The notes: generated by a model not told the origin, from the letters alone. Shown: positions 1-10,177, counted from the first letter of the stretch. The stretch: 64,000 nucleotides of DNA from an uncultured Pseudomonadota bacterium (GCA_963749075.1 CAVVLJ010000016.1:384001-448000); one strand, 5' to 3'. Numbers and translations: made by a program.

Positions 1-2
1 TC

Positions 3-1712
3 TTGACGCGCATGTCCGACACGGTCGACCACCGCGGGCCGGAGAGCCGCGGCCGCTACTCGGTCGCCAACGTCGGCATGGTGCAGAACCGCCTCGCCAT
101 CATCGATCTCAAGACCGGCGGCCATCCGCTCTACGAGCCCGGCGGCGGGGCGCTTGTGGGCAACGGCGAGATCTACAATTACATCGAGCTGCGCGAGGAT
201 GCGGCACTGGCCGGCATCAACTTCGCGACGGGCTCGGATTTCGAGCCGGCACTCCACCTCTACCGGCGCCTCGGCCTCGGCTTCGTCGAGAAGCTGCGCG
301 GCATGTACGCCATCGCCCTCCACGACGCGCCGGCCGGCCGCCTCGTGCTCGCGCGCGATCCCTTCGGCATCAAGCCGCTCTATTACGTGGAGCGGCCCGA
401 GCTCTTCGCCTTCGCCTCCGAGCCGCGCGCGCTGATCGCGGCGGGCCTTGCCCAGCGCGTCGTCGATCCGGTGCGCCGGGCGGAGCTCGTCGAGCTGCAA
501 TTCACCACCGGTCGCGACACGCCCTTCCTCGGCATCCGGCGGCTCCTGCCGGGCGAGACCCTCGTCCTCGCCGAGGCGCGCATCGTCGAGCGCAAGCGGC
601 TCGACCCGCTGCCCCAGGGCGGTCCGGAGCCGATGGACGAGGAGGAGGCCCTCGAGGCGCTCGAGGCGGCGCTCGCCGACAGCGTGCGCGTCCACCAGCG
701 CTCGGACGTGCCCTACGGCATGTTCCTCTCGGGCGGCATCGATTCCTCGAGCGTGCTGGCGCTGATGGCCAGGCTCAACGACCGCCCGGTGCGCGCCTTC
801 ACCATCGGCTTCTCGGGCACCGAGGTGGCGGACGAGCGCGCGCTCGCCCGCACGGTCGCGCGCAAGCTCGGCGCCGAGCACGTCGAGGTGGAGTTCAGCG
901 AAGGCGATTTCTGGCAGCTCCTGCCGAAAGTGGCGGCGGCGCTCGACGACCCGACCGCCGACTACGCGGCACTTCCCACCTACAAGCTCGCCTCCCTCGT
1001 CAAGGGCTCGCTCAAGGTGATCCTGACCGGCGAGGGCGGCGACGAGCTCTTCGCCGGCTACGGCCGCTACCGCAGCGTCGTGCGTCCCTGGTGGCAGTGG
1101 GGCCGCACCATGCGCGCGCGCGGCATCCTCGACGGGCTCGGCGTGCTGCGCGCGAACCCGGCCGGCTGGCGCGACGGCATCGCCGCGGCGGAGCTGGCGG
1201 CGGCGACGCCGGGGCGCACCAAGCTGCAAGCGGCGCAGGTGGTGGACGCCACCGACTGGCTGCCCAACGACCTGCTCACCAAGCTCGACCGCTGCCTCAT
1301 GGCGCACTCGATCGAGGGCCGCGTGCCTTTCCTCGATCCCGTCGTGGCGCGCCTGGCCTTCCGCCTGCCGGACCGCCTCAAGCTCCGCCGCGGCCTCGGC
1401 AAGTGGCTCTTGCGCAAGTGGCTCGCGCGCGCCGTTCCCGAGGCGGAGCCGATGAGCGCCAAGCGCGGCTTCACGGTACCGGTCGCCGAATGGATCGGCC
1501 GCAAGCGCGAGAGCATCGTGCCGCTCGTGGCGCGCCAGGCGGGCATACGCGAGCTCTGCCAGCCGGGCGCCGTCGAGCGGCTCTTCCTCGGCAGCGGCAA
1601 GCGCGCGGAGTTCGCCGAATGGGCGCTCCTCTTCTACGCCTGCTGGCACCAGACCCACATCATGGGGAGCGGCGGCGCCGCCGACGCCTTCGAGCTCCTC
1701 GCTACGGCGTGA
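3..1712 (+). CDS. asnB: Asparagine synthase (glutamine-hydrolysing) family amidotransferase, 5' end truncated by the window
   Basis: HRGP, RLAIIDL, NGEIYNY, RDPFGIKPLYY, LSGGIDSS, TGEGGDELFAGY and EGRVPFLD motifs. The N-terminal catalytic Cys lies outside the window. Confidence 0.9.
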   Translation: MTRMSDTVDHRGPESRGRYSVANVGMVQNRLAIIDLKTGGHPLYEPGGGALVGNGEIYNYIELREDAALAGINFATGSDFEPALHLYRRLGLGFVEKLRGMYAIALHDAPAGRLVLARDPFGIKPLYYVERPELFAFASEPRALIAAGLAQRVVDPVRRAELVELQFTTGRDTPFLGIRRLLPGETLVLAEARIVERKRLDPLPQGGPEPMDEEEALEALEAALADSVRVHQRSDVPYGMFLSGGIDSSSVLALMARLNDRPVRAFTIGFSGTEVADERALARTVARKLGAEHVEVEFSEGDFWQLLPKVAAALDDPTADYAALPTYKLASLVKGSLKVILTGEGGDELFAGYGRYRSVVRPWWQWGRTMRARGILDGLGVLRANPAGWRDGIAAAELAAATPGRTKLQAAQVVDATDWLPNDLLTKLDRCLMAHSIEGRVPFLDPVVARLAFRLPDRLKLRRGLGKWLLRKWLARAVPEAEPMSAKRGFTVPVAEWIGRKRESIVPLVARQAGIRELCQPGAVERLFLGSGKRAEFAEWALLFYACWHQTHIMGSGGAADAFELLATA

Positions 1713-1716
1713 TGCC

Positions 1717-3060
1717 ATGGCCGATGGCTTCGAGCTCGTCCTCAAGGGCGGCACCGTGGCGACGCCGGGCGGCCTCGTCGAGACCGACGTGGGCGTGCGT
1801 GCGGGCCGCATCGCCGCCTTCGGCAGCTTGGCTCTCGCCGCCGGCCGCACGGCGCTCGACGTGCGCGGACTGCATCTCCTCCCCGGCGTCATCGACACCC
1901 AGGTGCATTTCCGCGAGCCCGGCCACGAGCACAAGGAGGACCTCGCGAGCGGCACCCGCGCCGCCGCACTCGGCGGCGTCACGGCCGTGTGCGAGATGCC
2001 GAACACCCGGCCGAGCACCACCACGCGCGAGCTCCTCGAGGACAAGCTCGCGCGCGCGCGCGGCCGCGCCGCGGTCGACCATGCCTTCTTCGTGGGTGCT
2101 GCGCACGAGAATATAGGCGCGCTCGCGGCGCTCGAGCTCTTGCCCGGCTGCGCCGGCGTCAAGATGTTCATGGGGAGCTCGACCGGGAGCCTCCTCGTCC
2201 CCGATGACGAAGGGGTGCTCGCGGTGCTGCGCGCGGGGCGCCGGCGCGTGGCCGTGCACGCGGAGGACGAGGCGCGCCTCGTCGAGCGCAGGCGGATCGC
2301 CACGGACGGCGGCGACGTGCACCTCCATCCCCTATGGCGCGACGAGGAGACGGCACTCGCCGCGACGAGGCGCCTCATCGCGCACGCCCGGCGCGCGGGC
2401 CGCCGCGTCCACGTGCTGCACGTCACCACGGCGGGCGAGATGGTCTTCCTCGCCGAGCACAAGGAGATCGCCACCGTCGAGACGACGCCCCAGCATCTCA
2501 CGCTCGCGGCACCCGAGTGCTACGACCGCCTCGGCACGCTCGCCCAGATGAACCCGCCCATCCGAAGTGCCGCCCATCGCGAGGCCTTATGGCGCGCGGT
2601 CGCCCAAGGCGTGGTCGACGTGATCGGCTCCGATCATGCGCCCCATACGCTCGAGGAGAAGGCGAAGCCCTATCCCGAGAGCCCCTCGGGCATGCCCGGC
2701 GTGCAGACGCTGGTGCCGCTCCTCCTCGACCATGTCAACGCCGGCCGGCTCTCGCTCGCGCGCTTCGTCGATCTCACCAGCGCCGGTCCCGCGCGCATCT
2801 ACGGCATTGCCGGCAAGGGCCGCATCGCCCTCGGCTACGACGCGGACTTCACCATCGTCGATCTCGCGTTGAAGCGGCGCATCGAGAACGGCTGGATCGC
2901 CAGCCGCTGCGCCTGGACGCCCTTCGACGGCATGACGGTGGCCGGCTGGCCGCGCATGACCGTCATCCGCGGCCGCATCGTCATGCGCGAGGACGAGCTC
3001 CTGGGCGAGCCCGCAGGCGCCCCTTTGCGCTTTCTCGAGACGCTCGAAGCAGAAGGCTGA
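1717..3060 (+). CDS. pyrC: Dihydroorotase (amidohydrolase superfamily)
   Basis: PGVIDTQVHFREPG, EMPNT, KMFMGSSTG, SDHAPH and SPSGMPG motifs; starts 4 nt after the asnB stop. Confidence 0.85.
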   Translation: MADGFELVLKGGTVATPGGLVETDVGVRAGRIAAFGSLALAAGRTALDVRGLHLLPGVIDTQVHFREPGHEHKEDLASGTRAAALGGVTAVCEMPNTRPSTTTRELLEDKLARARGRAAVDHAFFVGAAHENIGALAALELLPGCAGVKMFMGSSTGSLLVPDDEGVLAVLRAGRRRVAVHAEDEARLVERRRIATDGGDVHLHPLWRDEETALAATRRLIAHARRAGRRVHVLHVTTAGEMVFLAEHKEIATVETTPQHLTLAAPECYDRLGTLAQMNPPIRSAAHREALWRAVAQGVVDVIGSDHAPHTLEEKAKPYPESPSGMPGVQTLVPLLLDHVNAGRLSLARFVDLTSAGPARIYGIAGKGRIALGYDADFTIVDLALKRRIENGWIASRCAWTPFDGMTVAGWPRMTVIRGRIVMREDELLGEPAGAPLRFLETLEAEG

Positions 3061-3313
3061 GGCGGCGCCGGCAGGCAGGGGTTCCTCCGCTGCAAAGCCC
3101 GGACCGCTCTTGGCCATATGCGCAATCCCTAAATAGGGCTTGCATTTTTACACGTTTTGGCCCATGTATCCATCATCCGTATCTGCTTCGGCACTTGCCG
3201 ATTTGCCCCCGTTTGGGGCGCACATCTCAGCAATCCATGAGGCCGGTAACTGGAGACGCCCTTGCGCGATGGTCGCGCAGGACGCGGAGACTCATATCCA
3301 CTAGGAGGCCATC

Positions 3314-3520
3314 ATGGCTATCGGTACCGTCAAGTTCTTCAACACCCAGCGCGGCTTCGGGTTCATTCAGCCGCAGGACGGCTCGAAGGACATCTTCGTG
3401 CACGTGAGCGCCGTCGAGCGCGCCGGCATGGCGACCCTGAACGAGGGTCAGAAGGTGTCGTACGAAGTCGAGCGCGGCCGCGACGGGCGCGTCTCGGCCG
3501 TCAACCTCTCCGCCGCGTAA
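3314..3520 (+). CDS. cspA: Cold-shock protein
   Basis: GTVKFFN..GFGFI (RNP1) and DIFVHVSA (RNP2) motifs, AGGAGG RBS, and a long AT-richer 5' region. Confidence 0.95.
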   Translation: MAIGTVKFFNTQRGFGFIQPQDGSKDIFVHVSAVERAGMATLNEGQKVSYEVERGRDGRVSAVNLSAA

Positions 3521-3550
3521 GGCACGCGACGCCAGAGACAATTCGGGATT

Positions 3551-3582
3551 GCCGCGGCACTTCCTCGAAGGAGTGCCGCGGC
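3551..3582. terminator. Hairpin between convergent cspA and GNAT genes (likely bidirectional terminator)
   Basis: GCCGCGGCACT ... AGTGCCGCGGC inverted repeat. Confidence 0.65.
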
Positions 3583-3589
3583 GGCCCTT

Positions 3590-4072
3590 CTATTTCCCGC
3601 CTGCGGCCGCCAGAAGCTTCGCCATGAAAATCCGGTCGTAGCCCGCCTCCTTGCCGCGATGCGTCTCGGCGAAGCCGAGATGCCGGTAGAGGCCGATGTT
3701 TTCCACCATCACCGCATTGGTATAGAGGCGGAGCTCCGAGAAGCCGCGCTCGAGCGCGTGGCGCTCGGCAAAGGCGACGAGCGCGCGGCCCAGCCCCTCG
3801 CCCTGACGCGCGGGATCGACGGCAATGTTCTCGAGGAAGAGATGATCCCCCTTGGGGACGAGCACGAGCACGCCCGCAAGTCCGCAGCTTGAGACAGCGA
3901 CAAAGATGCCGCCCTCGGCGACGCGCGCGGCGTAATCATCGAGCATGGGAGCCGGCGGACGGTCCATGCGCGCGAGATAGATCTCGTAGGCCCGCCGCAC
4001 GATGCGCGTGATGTCCTCGACATCGGCGGCCACAGCTGTGCGGATCGCGGTCTTGGGCGCTGGAATGCTCAT
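3590..4072 (-). CDS. GNAT family N-acetyltransferase
   Basis: ENIAVDPARQGEGLGRAL acetyl-CoA motif A and NIGLYRHLGF; ATG at 4072 follows a GAGG RBS. Confidence 0.85.
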   Translation of the reverse strand: MSIPAPKTAIRTAVAADVEDITRIVRRAYEIYLARMDRPPAPMLDDYAARVAEGGIFVAVSSCGLAGVLVLVPKGDHLFLENIAVDPARQGEGLGRALVAFAERHALERGFSELRLYTNAVMVENIGLYRHLGFAETHRGKEAGYDRIFMAKLLAAAGGK

Positions 4073-4216
4073 CCTCGACACCTCGCAGGTTGGGCGGTGG
4101 ACCGCGGCGCTGGCCAAGCCTATTCCGGCAATGTAACCTTGGCTGGTTAGATAGGCGGGTGGCTGCGCCGCTCGGGCATGCCGCCTTAGGCTTCCCTCAT
4201 TTCCGCTGCGTAGACC

Positions 4217-5541
4217 TTGAGCATCGCACGAAAGAGCGTCCTTGGCCTGGCCCTGCTGCTTGCGCGGGCTGCGGGAAGGCGTCGCAGCCTCAGGCAGCGC
4301 TTTGCGAGCGGGTCTCGGGCATCCTCTTCCCCGCGGACCGCATCGAGCGCCTCGAGAGCGAACGCGATGCCGGGAGCGCCCATCGGATTGCCACCCGCAT
4401 CACCTTGCGCGCGGCGGACGGGACGCTCGAGCGGCACCGCGTCGGCTGCAGCTTCGCGGGCGGCCCCTTCAGCCCCGGCCAGCTCGAGCTCGTCGAGGTC
4501 ACAAGCGACGTCGAGGGGCGGCTCAGCGCCGCGCACATGGCGGCCCTCGGCTTCGTGCTCGACCGCTTCGGAGGAAACGCCGGCGCCGCGGGGCCGGGGC
4601 CGCTCTCCCGACCGGCGCTCCGGCTCCCGCTCGGCGTCGAGACGCTTTATTTCCTGCAGCAACTCGTCAATGGCGTGACACTCGGCTGCGTCGTCTCGCT
4701 CATCGCGGTCGGCTACACGCTCATCTACGGCATCATCGGCGTCATCAATCTCTCCTTCGGCGAGATCTACATGATCGGCGCCTTCGCCGCCGTCATCGGC
4801 GCCCTCATGTTCATGATGCTCGGCGTCGCATCCCAGACGGCGAGCGTGCTCCTGGCGCTGCCCTTCGCCATGGCTCTCACCGCCGGCTACAGCATGATGA
4901 CCGACCGCCTGGTCTTCCGCCCCTTGCGCGAGGCGAGCACGCTCATGCCGCTCATCGCCTCGATCGGCCTAGCGCTCGTGCTGCAGAATTACGTCTTTCT
5001 CGTCGAGAGCGCGCGCAATCTTTGGCTGCCGGTGCACTCCGAGGACGGCATAGCGCTCGCCGCGGCCGGCAGCTTCAGCCTTTACGTCAACCGCCAGCAA
5101 GCGCTCGTCCTGGGGCTCACCGCACTCCTCGCGGGCGCCACCTGGTACATCCTCACGCGGACCCGTTTCGGCCGTGTGCAGCGCGCGTGCTCCTAGGACC
5201 GGCGCATGGCAGCGCTGCTCGGCGTCGACGTCGATCTCGTCGTCGCCTCGACCTTCGCCCTCGGCGGCGCCCTCGCCGCGGCCGGCGGGCTCATGGTCGC
5301 GAGCTATTACGGCGGGGTCAATTTCGCCATGGGCCTCTCCATGGGGCTCAAGGCGCTCACCGCCGCGATCGTGGGCGGCATCGGAAACTTCAAGGGGGCG
5401 TTGCTCGGCGGCTTCGTCGTGGCGCTGCTCGAGACTTTCTGGGCAGGCTATCTGCCGGGCGCCTACCGGGAGATCGCGGTGTTCGCGCTCCTCATCGTGC
5501 TGCTCATCTTCCGGCCGCAGGGCATTCTCGGCGAGGTGTGA
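4217..5541 (+). pseudogene. livH: Branched-chain amino acid ABC permease (LivH-like) with an N-terminal lipoprotein/periplasmic extension, interrupted by a frameshift (~4262) and an in-frame TAG (5194-5196)
   Basis: LQQLVNGVTLG..IAVGYTL..GVINLSFGE, then TRFGRVQRACS*DRRMAALLGVD continues in frame to FRPQGILGE. The signal MSIARKSVLGLALLLA joins GCGK in another frame. Confidence 0.8.
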
Positions 5542-5551
5542 GGGCGGCAGC

Positions 5552-6718
5552 TCAGAGCTTGTGGAGCGTACCGCCCTGCCAGCCGTAGATGTCGTAATGC
5601 AGCTCCTTGGGATCGCCCTTGGCATCGAAGCTGATTTTGCCGATCGCAGTGCTGTAGTCGCCCTCGCGCAAGGCCTTGGCCACGGCGGCGGCGTCGACCG
5701 AGCCGGCACGCCCGGCGGCCTTGGCGTAGAGCTCGACCGCTGCGTAGGCGTAGAGCGTGTAGCCCTTGGCGTCGACGCCGTAGCGCGCCAGTCCGGCGAC
5801 CGGATTGGGCGCGTTGCGCGATTGCTCGGTGCTGGTGTTGGCGCCCGTCTCGCTCATGTCCGGGAGCGAGGTCATGAAGGTGCCGTCCGCCGCCGCCCCG
5901 GCAGTCTTGGCGAAGTCGCCAGCAAGCAGCGTATCGCCGCCGCCGAACGCCGCATCGAGCCCCTGCGCGCGCGCCGCGACGAGGAAGTTGGCGGCCCTCT
6001 CCGCGTAGCCGCCGAAGACGATGACGCCGATGCCGTTGGCCTTGAGGCGCGAGGCGAGGGCCGCCGGGTCGTCGGCACTGCCGAGGGTCGTATCCTCGCG
6101 CGCCGCAGGGGCGCCCGCGTCGGCGAGCGCCTTCCGCGTCGAGGCGACGACGGTCGTGCCATAGGGGGTTCCGTCGCTCACCAGCGCCACGGCCGCATTG
6201 GGATAATGCGCGAGGATGTATTTGACGAGCGCCGGGCCCTGCATGTCGTCGCGCGGCACGGTGCGGAAGATGTTGGTATTGCCGCGCGCCGCCGCCTCGT
6301 CCGTGAGCGCCCCGCTGGTCGAGGACGGCGTGATCATCACGATGTCCGCGGCACCGTAGACGGGCGCCGCGGCGATCGAGGAGGGCGAGCAGAAGTGCCC
6401 GACCACGAGGGCGAAGTGCTCGGCGACCAGTCCGGCCGCGATGCCGGCGGCGCGCTTCGCATCGCACTGATCGTCGACCGTGCGCAGCTTGAGCACGTGA
6501 CCGTCGACGCCGTTCGCCGAATTCACGTCCTCGATGGCCTGCTGCACGCCGGCGCGCATCTGCCCGCCGAGCGCGCTATAGGGGCCGTGCATGGGGCCGA
6601 CCACGGCTATGTCGAGCGGCGGGGCGGTATCGACGTTGAAGATCGACGTGACCTCGCTGCAGGCGGCAAGCATGGCAAACGGCAAGAGCCAGGGGAGGAG
6701 TCTCGAGATCGGTGGCAT
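5552..6718 (-). CDS. Branched-chain amino acid ABC substrate-binding lipoprotein (LivJ/LivK family)
   Basis: LAAC lipobox; IAVVGPMHG, DDQCD, VGHFCS, FRTVPRDDMQG and IGKISFDAKGD motifs. Confidence 0.9.
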   Translation of the reverse strand: MPPISRLLPWLLPFAMLAACSEVTSIFNVDTAPPLDIAVVGPMHGPYSALGGQMRAGVQQAIEDVNSANGVDGHVLKLRTVDDQCDAKRAAGIAAGLVAEHFALVVGHFCSPSSIAAAPVYGAADIVMITPSSTSGALTDEAAARGNTNIFRTVPRDDMQGPALVKYILAHYPNAAVALVSDGTPYGTTVVASTRKALADAGAPAAREDTTLGSADDPAALASRLKANGIGVIVFGGYAERAANFLVAARAQGLDAAFGGGDTLLAGDFAKTAGAAADGTFMTSLPDMSETGANTSTEQSRNAPNPVAGLARYGVDAKGYTLYAYAAVELYAKAAGRAGSVDAAAVAKALREGDYSTAIGKISFDAKGDPKELHYDIYGWQGGTLHKL

Positions 6719-6796
6719 CGCATCCTGCTCACGTTGCGGGTTCGGCGCGGGCGGCCGGGGGAAGATCGGGGGAAGGCCGCCATCGCCGACGGAACA

Positions 6797-7615
6797 CTAG
6801 CATGGCGGCACGCCTGCGGCACGCGGCGCTTTCGCCGTCCCGGCCGCCTGAAGGTCCGCGGTGCGGTAGTGGTAGCCGTAGACCCGGCTAAAGCCCGCCT
6901 TGCGATAGAGCTCCAGGGCCGGCACGTTGCCCGCTTCGACCATGAGGGCGAGCCGCCCGGCCCCTTCCTGGCGCGCCCAGCCCCGAACGGCCGTCATGAC
7001 GGCGTTGGCCAGGCCGCGGCGGCGGAAGTCCGGCAGCGTGCGTACGGCGGCGATCTGCACCCAAGGTCCGCTCAAGACCGCAAGCGCGACGCTCGCGACC
7101 TTCCCCCCTGAGATCGCCGCGGCGAAGACGTGAGGATCCGCGATGCGCGCGAAGAGGCCGCGCACGGCGCGCCGCTCGGCCTCGCTTGCGAGGCCCTCCT
7201 CATAGCAGGCGAGCCACGCGGCGTCGGGTGCCTCGAGCAGCACTGTCTCGGCCGCCGTGCTGAGAGGCGTCTCGCCTTGAGCCGCGGAGAAGGGGGCCAC
7301 GAGGACGTGGCTCGCGCCCTCGCTGCGGTAGCCTTCGGCCGCCAGCGCCGCGTCGAGCCCTGCGGGCCGCACGGCGTCGGCGATCCTGAAGCAGGGCCGC
7401 AAGCCCGCCTCTCGGTAGAGTGCTGCCGCCTCCGCGATCGCCGCCGCGAGCTCGACGCCGCCGTCCCAGGCCAGCGCCCAGACGCTGTTCGGCCGACGCG
7501 TGACGCCGCGGTCGAGCCCGCAGCGCCAGCCGTGGAGCTCGACGACGCGCGCCGCTGGCCAGCCGCGCATGAGGTGCGGCTCGAGCGCGAGGATGTCGGA
7601 GGCGGCGAAGCGCAC
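6797..7615 (-). CDS. GNAT family acetyltransferase (two-domain)
   Basis: GVTRRPNSV in the N-domain; VRTLPDFRRRGLA and NVPALELYRKAGF in the C-domain. Confidence 0.8.
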   Translation of the reverse strand: MRFAASDILALEPHLMRGWPAARVVELHGWRCGLDRGVTRRPNSVWALAWDGGVELAAAIAEAAALYREAGLRPCFRIADAVRPAGLDAALAAEGYRSEGASHVLVAPFSAAQGETPLSTAAETVLLEAPDAAWLACYEEGLASEAERRAVRGLFARIADPHVFAAAISGGKVASVALAVLSGPWVQIAAVRTLPDFRRRGLANAVMTAVRGWARQEGAGRLALMVEAGNVPALELYRKAGFSRVYGYHYRTADLQAAGTAKAPRAAGVPPC

Positions 7616-7636
7616 GGGTGTCTCCCTCAGGGCGTA

Positions 7637-8272
7637 TTAGGGCACGACGCCCTTGTAGTGGGCGCTATGGTCGCCGGCGAAGTTATCCATGCCGTCTTTG
7701 GTGAGGAGCGTGCGCGCGCCGTCCGCCGTGTGGGTGATGGCGCGCTCGGACGGCCCCTCGTACCAGCGGATGTTGAAGGCTGAGAGCCAGGGATAGAAGG
7801 CGGCCTCGGCATAATGCTCGATATGGTCGCGGATCCACCAGGCGAGCGGGCGCCAGTCGCCGCTCTTCTCGTAGTGATCGAGATAGCCCGGGACGACCAG
7901 CGACACGGTGGCGCCGAGGTGGCCGGCCGCATCGCGCCGGTCCCAGATGTGGCGCGCGCGGTTGAACTCGTTCTCGCCGCAGAAATAGGCGAGGTCGCCC
8001 GCCTTGAGCCGCTCGTTGCAGAAGCCGTTGACCGAGGGCGAGCGGTAGGCGCTGCGGATGGCGATGTGGCCGAGGCCGCGGCGCATGGGCTCGAGCACGA
8101 GCCGGCAGAGCTTCTCGCCGGCGGCGATGGCGAGGTCCGGGTCGTCGGGCATGTTGGGCATGCCGTGGAAATTGGCGACCTCGCTATAGAGCATCTCGCG
8201 CATGAAGAAGTTCTCGGAGAGGCGCACGCGCCCGAGCTCGGTGAGCGCTGCTACGGACTCGGGCTTTCTCAT
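7637..8272 (-). CDS. Conserved hypothetical protein, peptidase M15-like fold suspected
   Basis: RLSENFFMREMLYSE and IRSAYRSPSVNG segments resemble M15A proteins; coding-like codon use. Confidence 0.55.
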   Translation of the reverse strand: MRKPESVAALTELGRVRLSENFFMREMLYSEVANFHGMPNMPDDPDLAIAAGEKLCRLVLEPMRRGLGHIAIRSAYRSPSVNGFCNERLKAGDLAYFCGENEFNRARHIWDRRDAAGHLGATVSLVVPGYLDHYEKSGDWRPLAWWIRDHIEHYAEAAFYPWLSAFNIRWYEGPSERAITHTADGARTLLTKDGMDNFAGDHSAHYKGVVP

Positions 8273-8336
8273 GGCGCAATCCCCCTACTGCTTCGTCGCA
8301 GTCTAATGCACCGATTTCGACGCTCCATCCCCACTT

Positions 8337-8415
8337 CGTCATGCCCGCGAAAGCGGGCATCCAGAGCCAAAGCCGCTGGATTCCGGCTCTCCGCTTCGCT
8401 CCGGCCGGAATGACG
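8337..8415. repeat. REP-like extragenic palindromic element
   Basis: CGTCATGCCCGCGAAAGCGGGCATCCAG ... CTGGATTCCGG...CCGGAATGACG; a related copy lies at 46264-46325. Confidence 0.75.
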
Positions 8416-8600
8416 AGGCCGCGACGGGATCCAAGCATGAAGAACGCGACACCAGCCGCGCCCGGCACGCGAGCCCATGGACATTTGGGCGGCGGGCTCA
8501 TAACCTCGCGGCCGATCGGAGCCGCAACGCCGCAACCATGGGCGCCGCCCGCGGAGCCTCGCTCCCGCGGCAAGGTGCTGCAGATTGGGAGGCCTTCGTC

Positions 8601-9401
8601 ATGGGAAACACGCTTCGCCGCTTCGCCGCCTCGGCCCCGCTTGCGGGACTGACGCTTGCAACCCTCCTCCTTGCCGGCGCGCTGCAGCCGGCGGGAGCCG
8701 GCATCCTCGACGATCTGAAGTCCGGCGGCAAGACGCTCCGCGTCGGCACCGACGCCACCTTCCCGCCCTTCGAGCAGACCTCGACCAGCGGCGAGAAGTC
8801 GGGCTTCGATATCGACCTGGTGAACGCGCTTGCCGCCAAGATCGGCATCAAGAAGCTCGAGTTCCAGCAGGTCCCCTTCGGCCAGCTTGTGCCCGGCCTG
8901 CAGGCGGACCACATCGACCTCGCGGCCTCGGCCATCTACATCACCGACGAGCGCAAGAAGGTGGTGGACTTCTCCGATCCCTACTTCACGGGCGGGCTCA
9001 GCGTCATGCTCAAGCCCGGCGAGACGGGCATCACGAAGCCCGAGGACCTCGAGGGCAAGCGCATCTCGGTGCAGGTCGGCACCAAGTCGGTCGACTATCT
9101 CAAAGAGCGTTTCCCCAAGGCCGAGCTCGTCATCGCCCAGACCAACGACCAGATGTTCCAGGCGCTGCCGAGCGGGCGGGCGGACGTGGTGGTCACCGGC
9201 TACCCCGCCGCGCGCTACTACATCAAGACGCACGGCGGGGCGAAGCTCGCCGATTTCCTCCTCACCCACGAGATGTACGGCTACGCCGTGCGCAAGGAGG
9301 ACAAGGACCTGCTCGCGGCGATCAACGGGGCGCTCGCCGCCCTCGAGAAGGACGGCACCGTGAAGCGCCTGCAGGAGAAGTGGTTCGGCACCGGCACGTA
9401 A
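8601..9401 (+). CDS. Polar amino acid ABC substrate-binding protein
   Basis: Signal peptide; VGTDATFPPFE, GFDIDL and ITDERKKVVDFSDPY motifs; GGAGG RBS. Confidence 0.9.
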   Translation: MGNTLRRFAASAPLAGLTLATLLLAGALQPAGAGILDDLKSGGKTLRVGTDATFPPFEQTSTSGEKSGFDIDLVNALAAKIGIKKLEFQQVPFGQLVPGLQADHIDLAASAIYITDERKKVVDFSDPYFTGGLSVMLKPGETGITKPEDLEGKRISVQVGTKSVDYLKERFPKAELVIAQTNDQMFQALPSGRADVVVTGYPAARYYIKTHGGAKLADFLLTHEMYGYAVRKEDKDLLAAINGALAALEKDGTVKRLQEKWFGTGT

Positions 9402-9417
9402 GTGCTGAGGGGCCGCC

Positions 9418-10077
9418 ATGACGGCGCTCGGGCTCGAGACGGTTATCCGCTCGCTGCCCTTCCTCCTCGCCGGTGCCGTCAAGACCATCGAGGTCGTGGT
9501 GCTGGCGCTCGCCTTAGGCGTGGTCTGCGGCCTCGTGGGCGGCTTCGCCAAGCTCTCGCGCCGGCGGCTCCTGCGCGGCATGGCGGCCGCCTACGTCTCG
9601 GTCATCCGCGGCACGCCCTTCGTGGTGCAGCTCTTCTTCGTCTATTACGCCTTTCCCCAGGTGGGCATCGAGGTGCCGGCGATGGTGGCCGCCGTCGGCA
9701 CGCTCGCCTTCTACTCGGGCTCCTACCAGACCGAGATCGTGCGCGGCGCCGTGCAGTCGATCCACAAGGGCCAGATCGAGGCGGCGCGGGCGCTCGGGCT
9801 CTCCCCGCGCCAGGCGCTGCGCTACGTCGTCTTCCCGCAGGCGCTCCTGCGCATGTTGCCGCCGCTCGGCAACGAATTCGTGGCGCTCACCAAGAACTCG
9901 GCCCTCGTCTCGCTCGTCACCGTGCAGGAGCTCTTCCTCTCGGCCCAGATGGTGATCAGCTCGACCTTCCAGAATTTCGCCATCTTCCTAACCATCGGCA
10001 TCATGTATTACGCGATGACGAGTGCCGTGGGCGGCTTGACGCAGCTCCTCGAGCGCCGGCTCAGGGTCTATGGCTGA
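9418..10077 (+). CDS. Polar amino acid ABC permease (HisM/GlnP family)
   Basis: IRGTPFVVQLF motif and EAA loop EIVRGAVQSIHKGQIEAARALG. Confidence 0.9.
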   Translation: MTALGLETVIRSLPFLLAGAVKTIEVVVLALALGVVCGLVGGFAKLSRRRLLRGMAAAYVSVIRGTPFVVQLFFVYYAFPQVGIEVPAMVAAVGTLAFYSGSYQTEIVRGAVQSIHKGQIEAARALGLSPRQALRYVVFPQALLRMLPPLGNEFVALTKNSALVSLVTVQELFLSAQMVISSTFQNFAIFLTIGIMYYAMTSAVGGLTQLLERRLRVYG

Positions 10078-10177
10078 ACGGGTGGCGCCAGAGGGGTGCT
10101 GGCGCTAGATTGAGCCGCGATCGAATGCGGCCGCGGAAGGCCGCCGGCCCGGCGGCGAGCGGGAGGAAGCACGAGCC

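Noticed and set aside
5194-5196. In-frame TAG as pyrrolysine or programmed readthrough
   Set aside because: The position corresponds to an ordinary Gln (CAG>TAG) in a permease, TAG is used as a normal stop throughout the window, and no pyl genes are seen.
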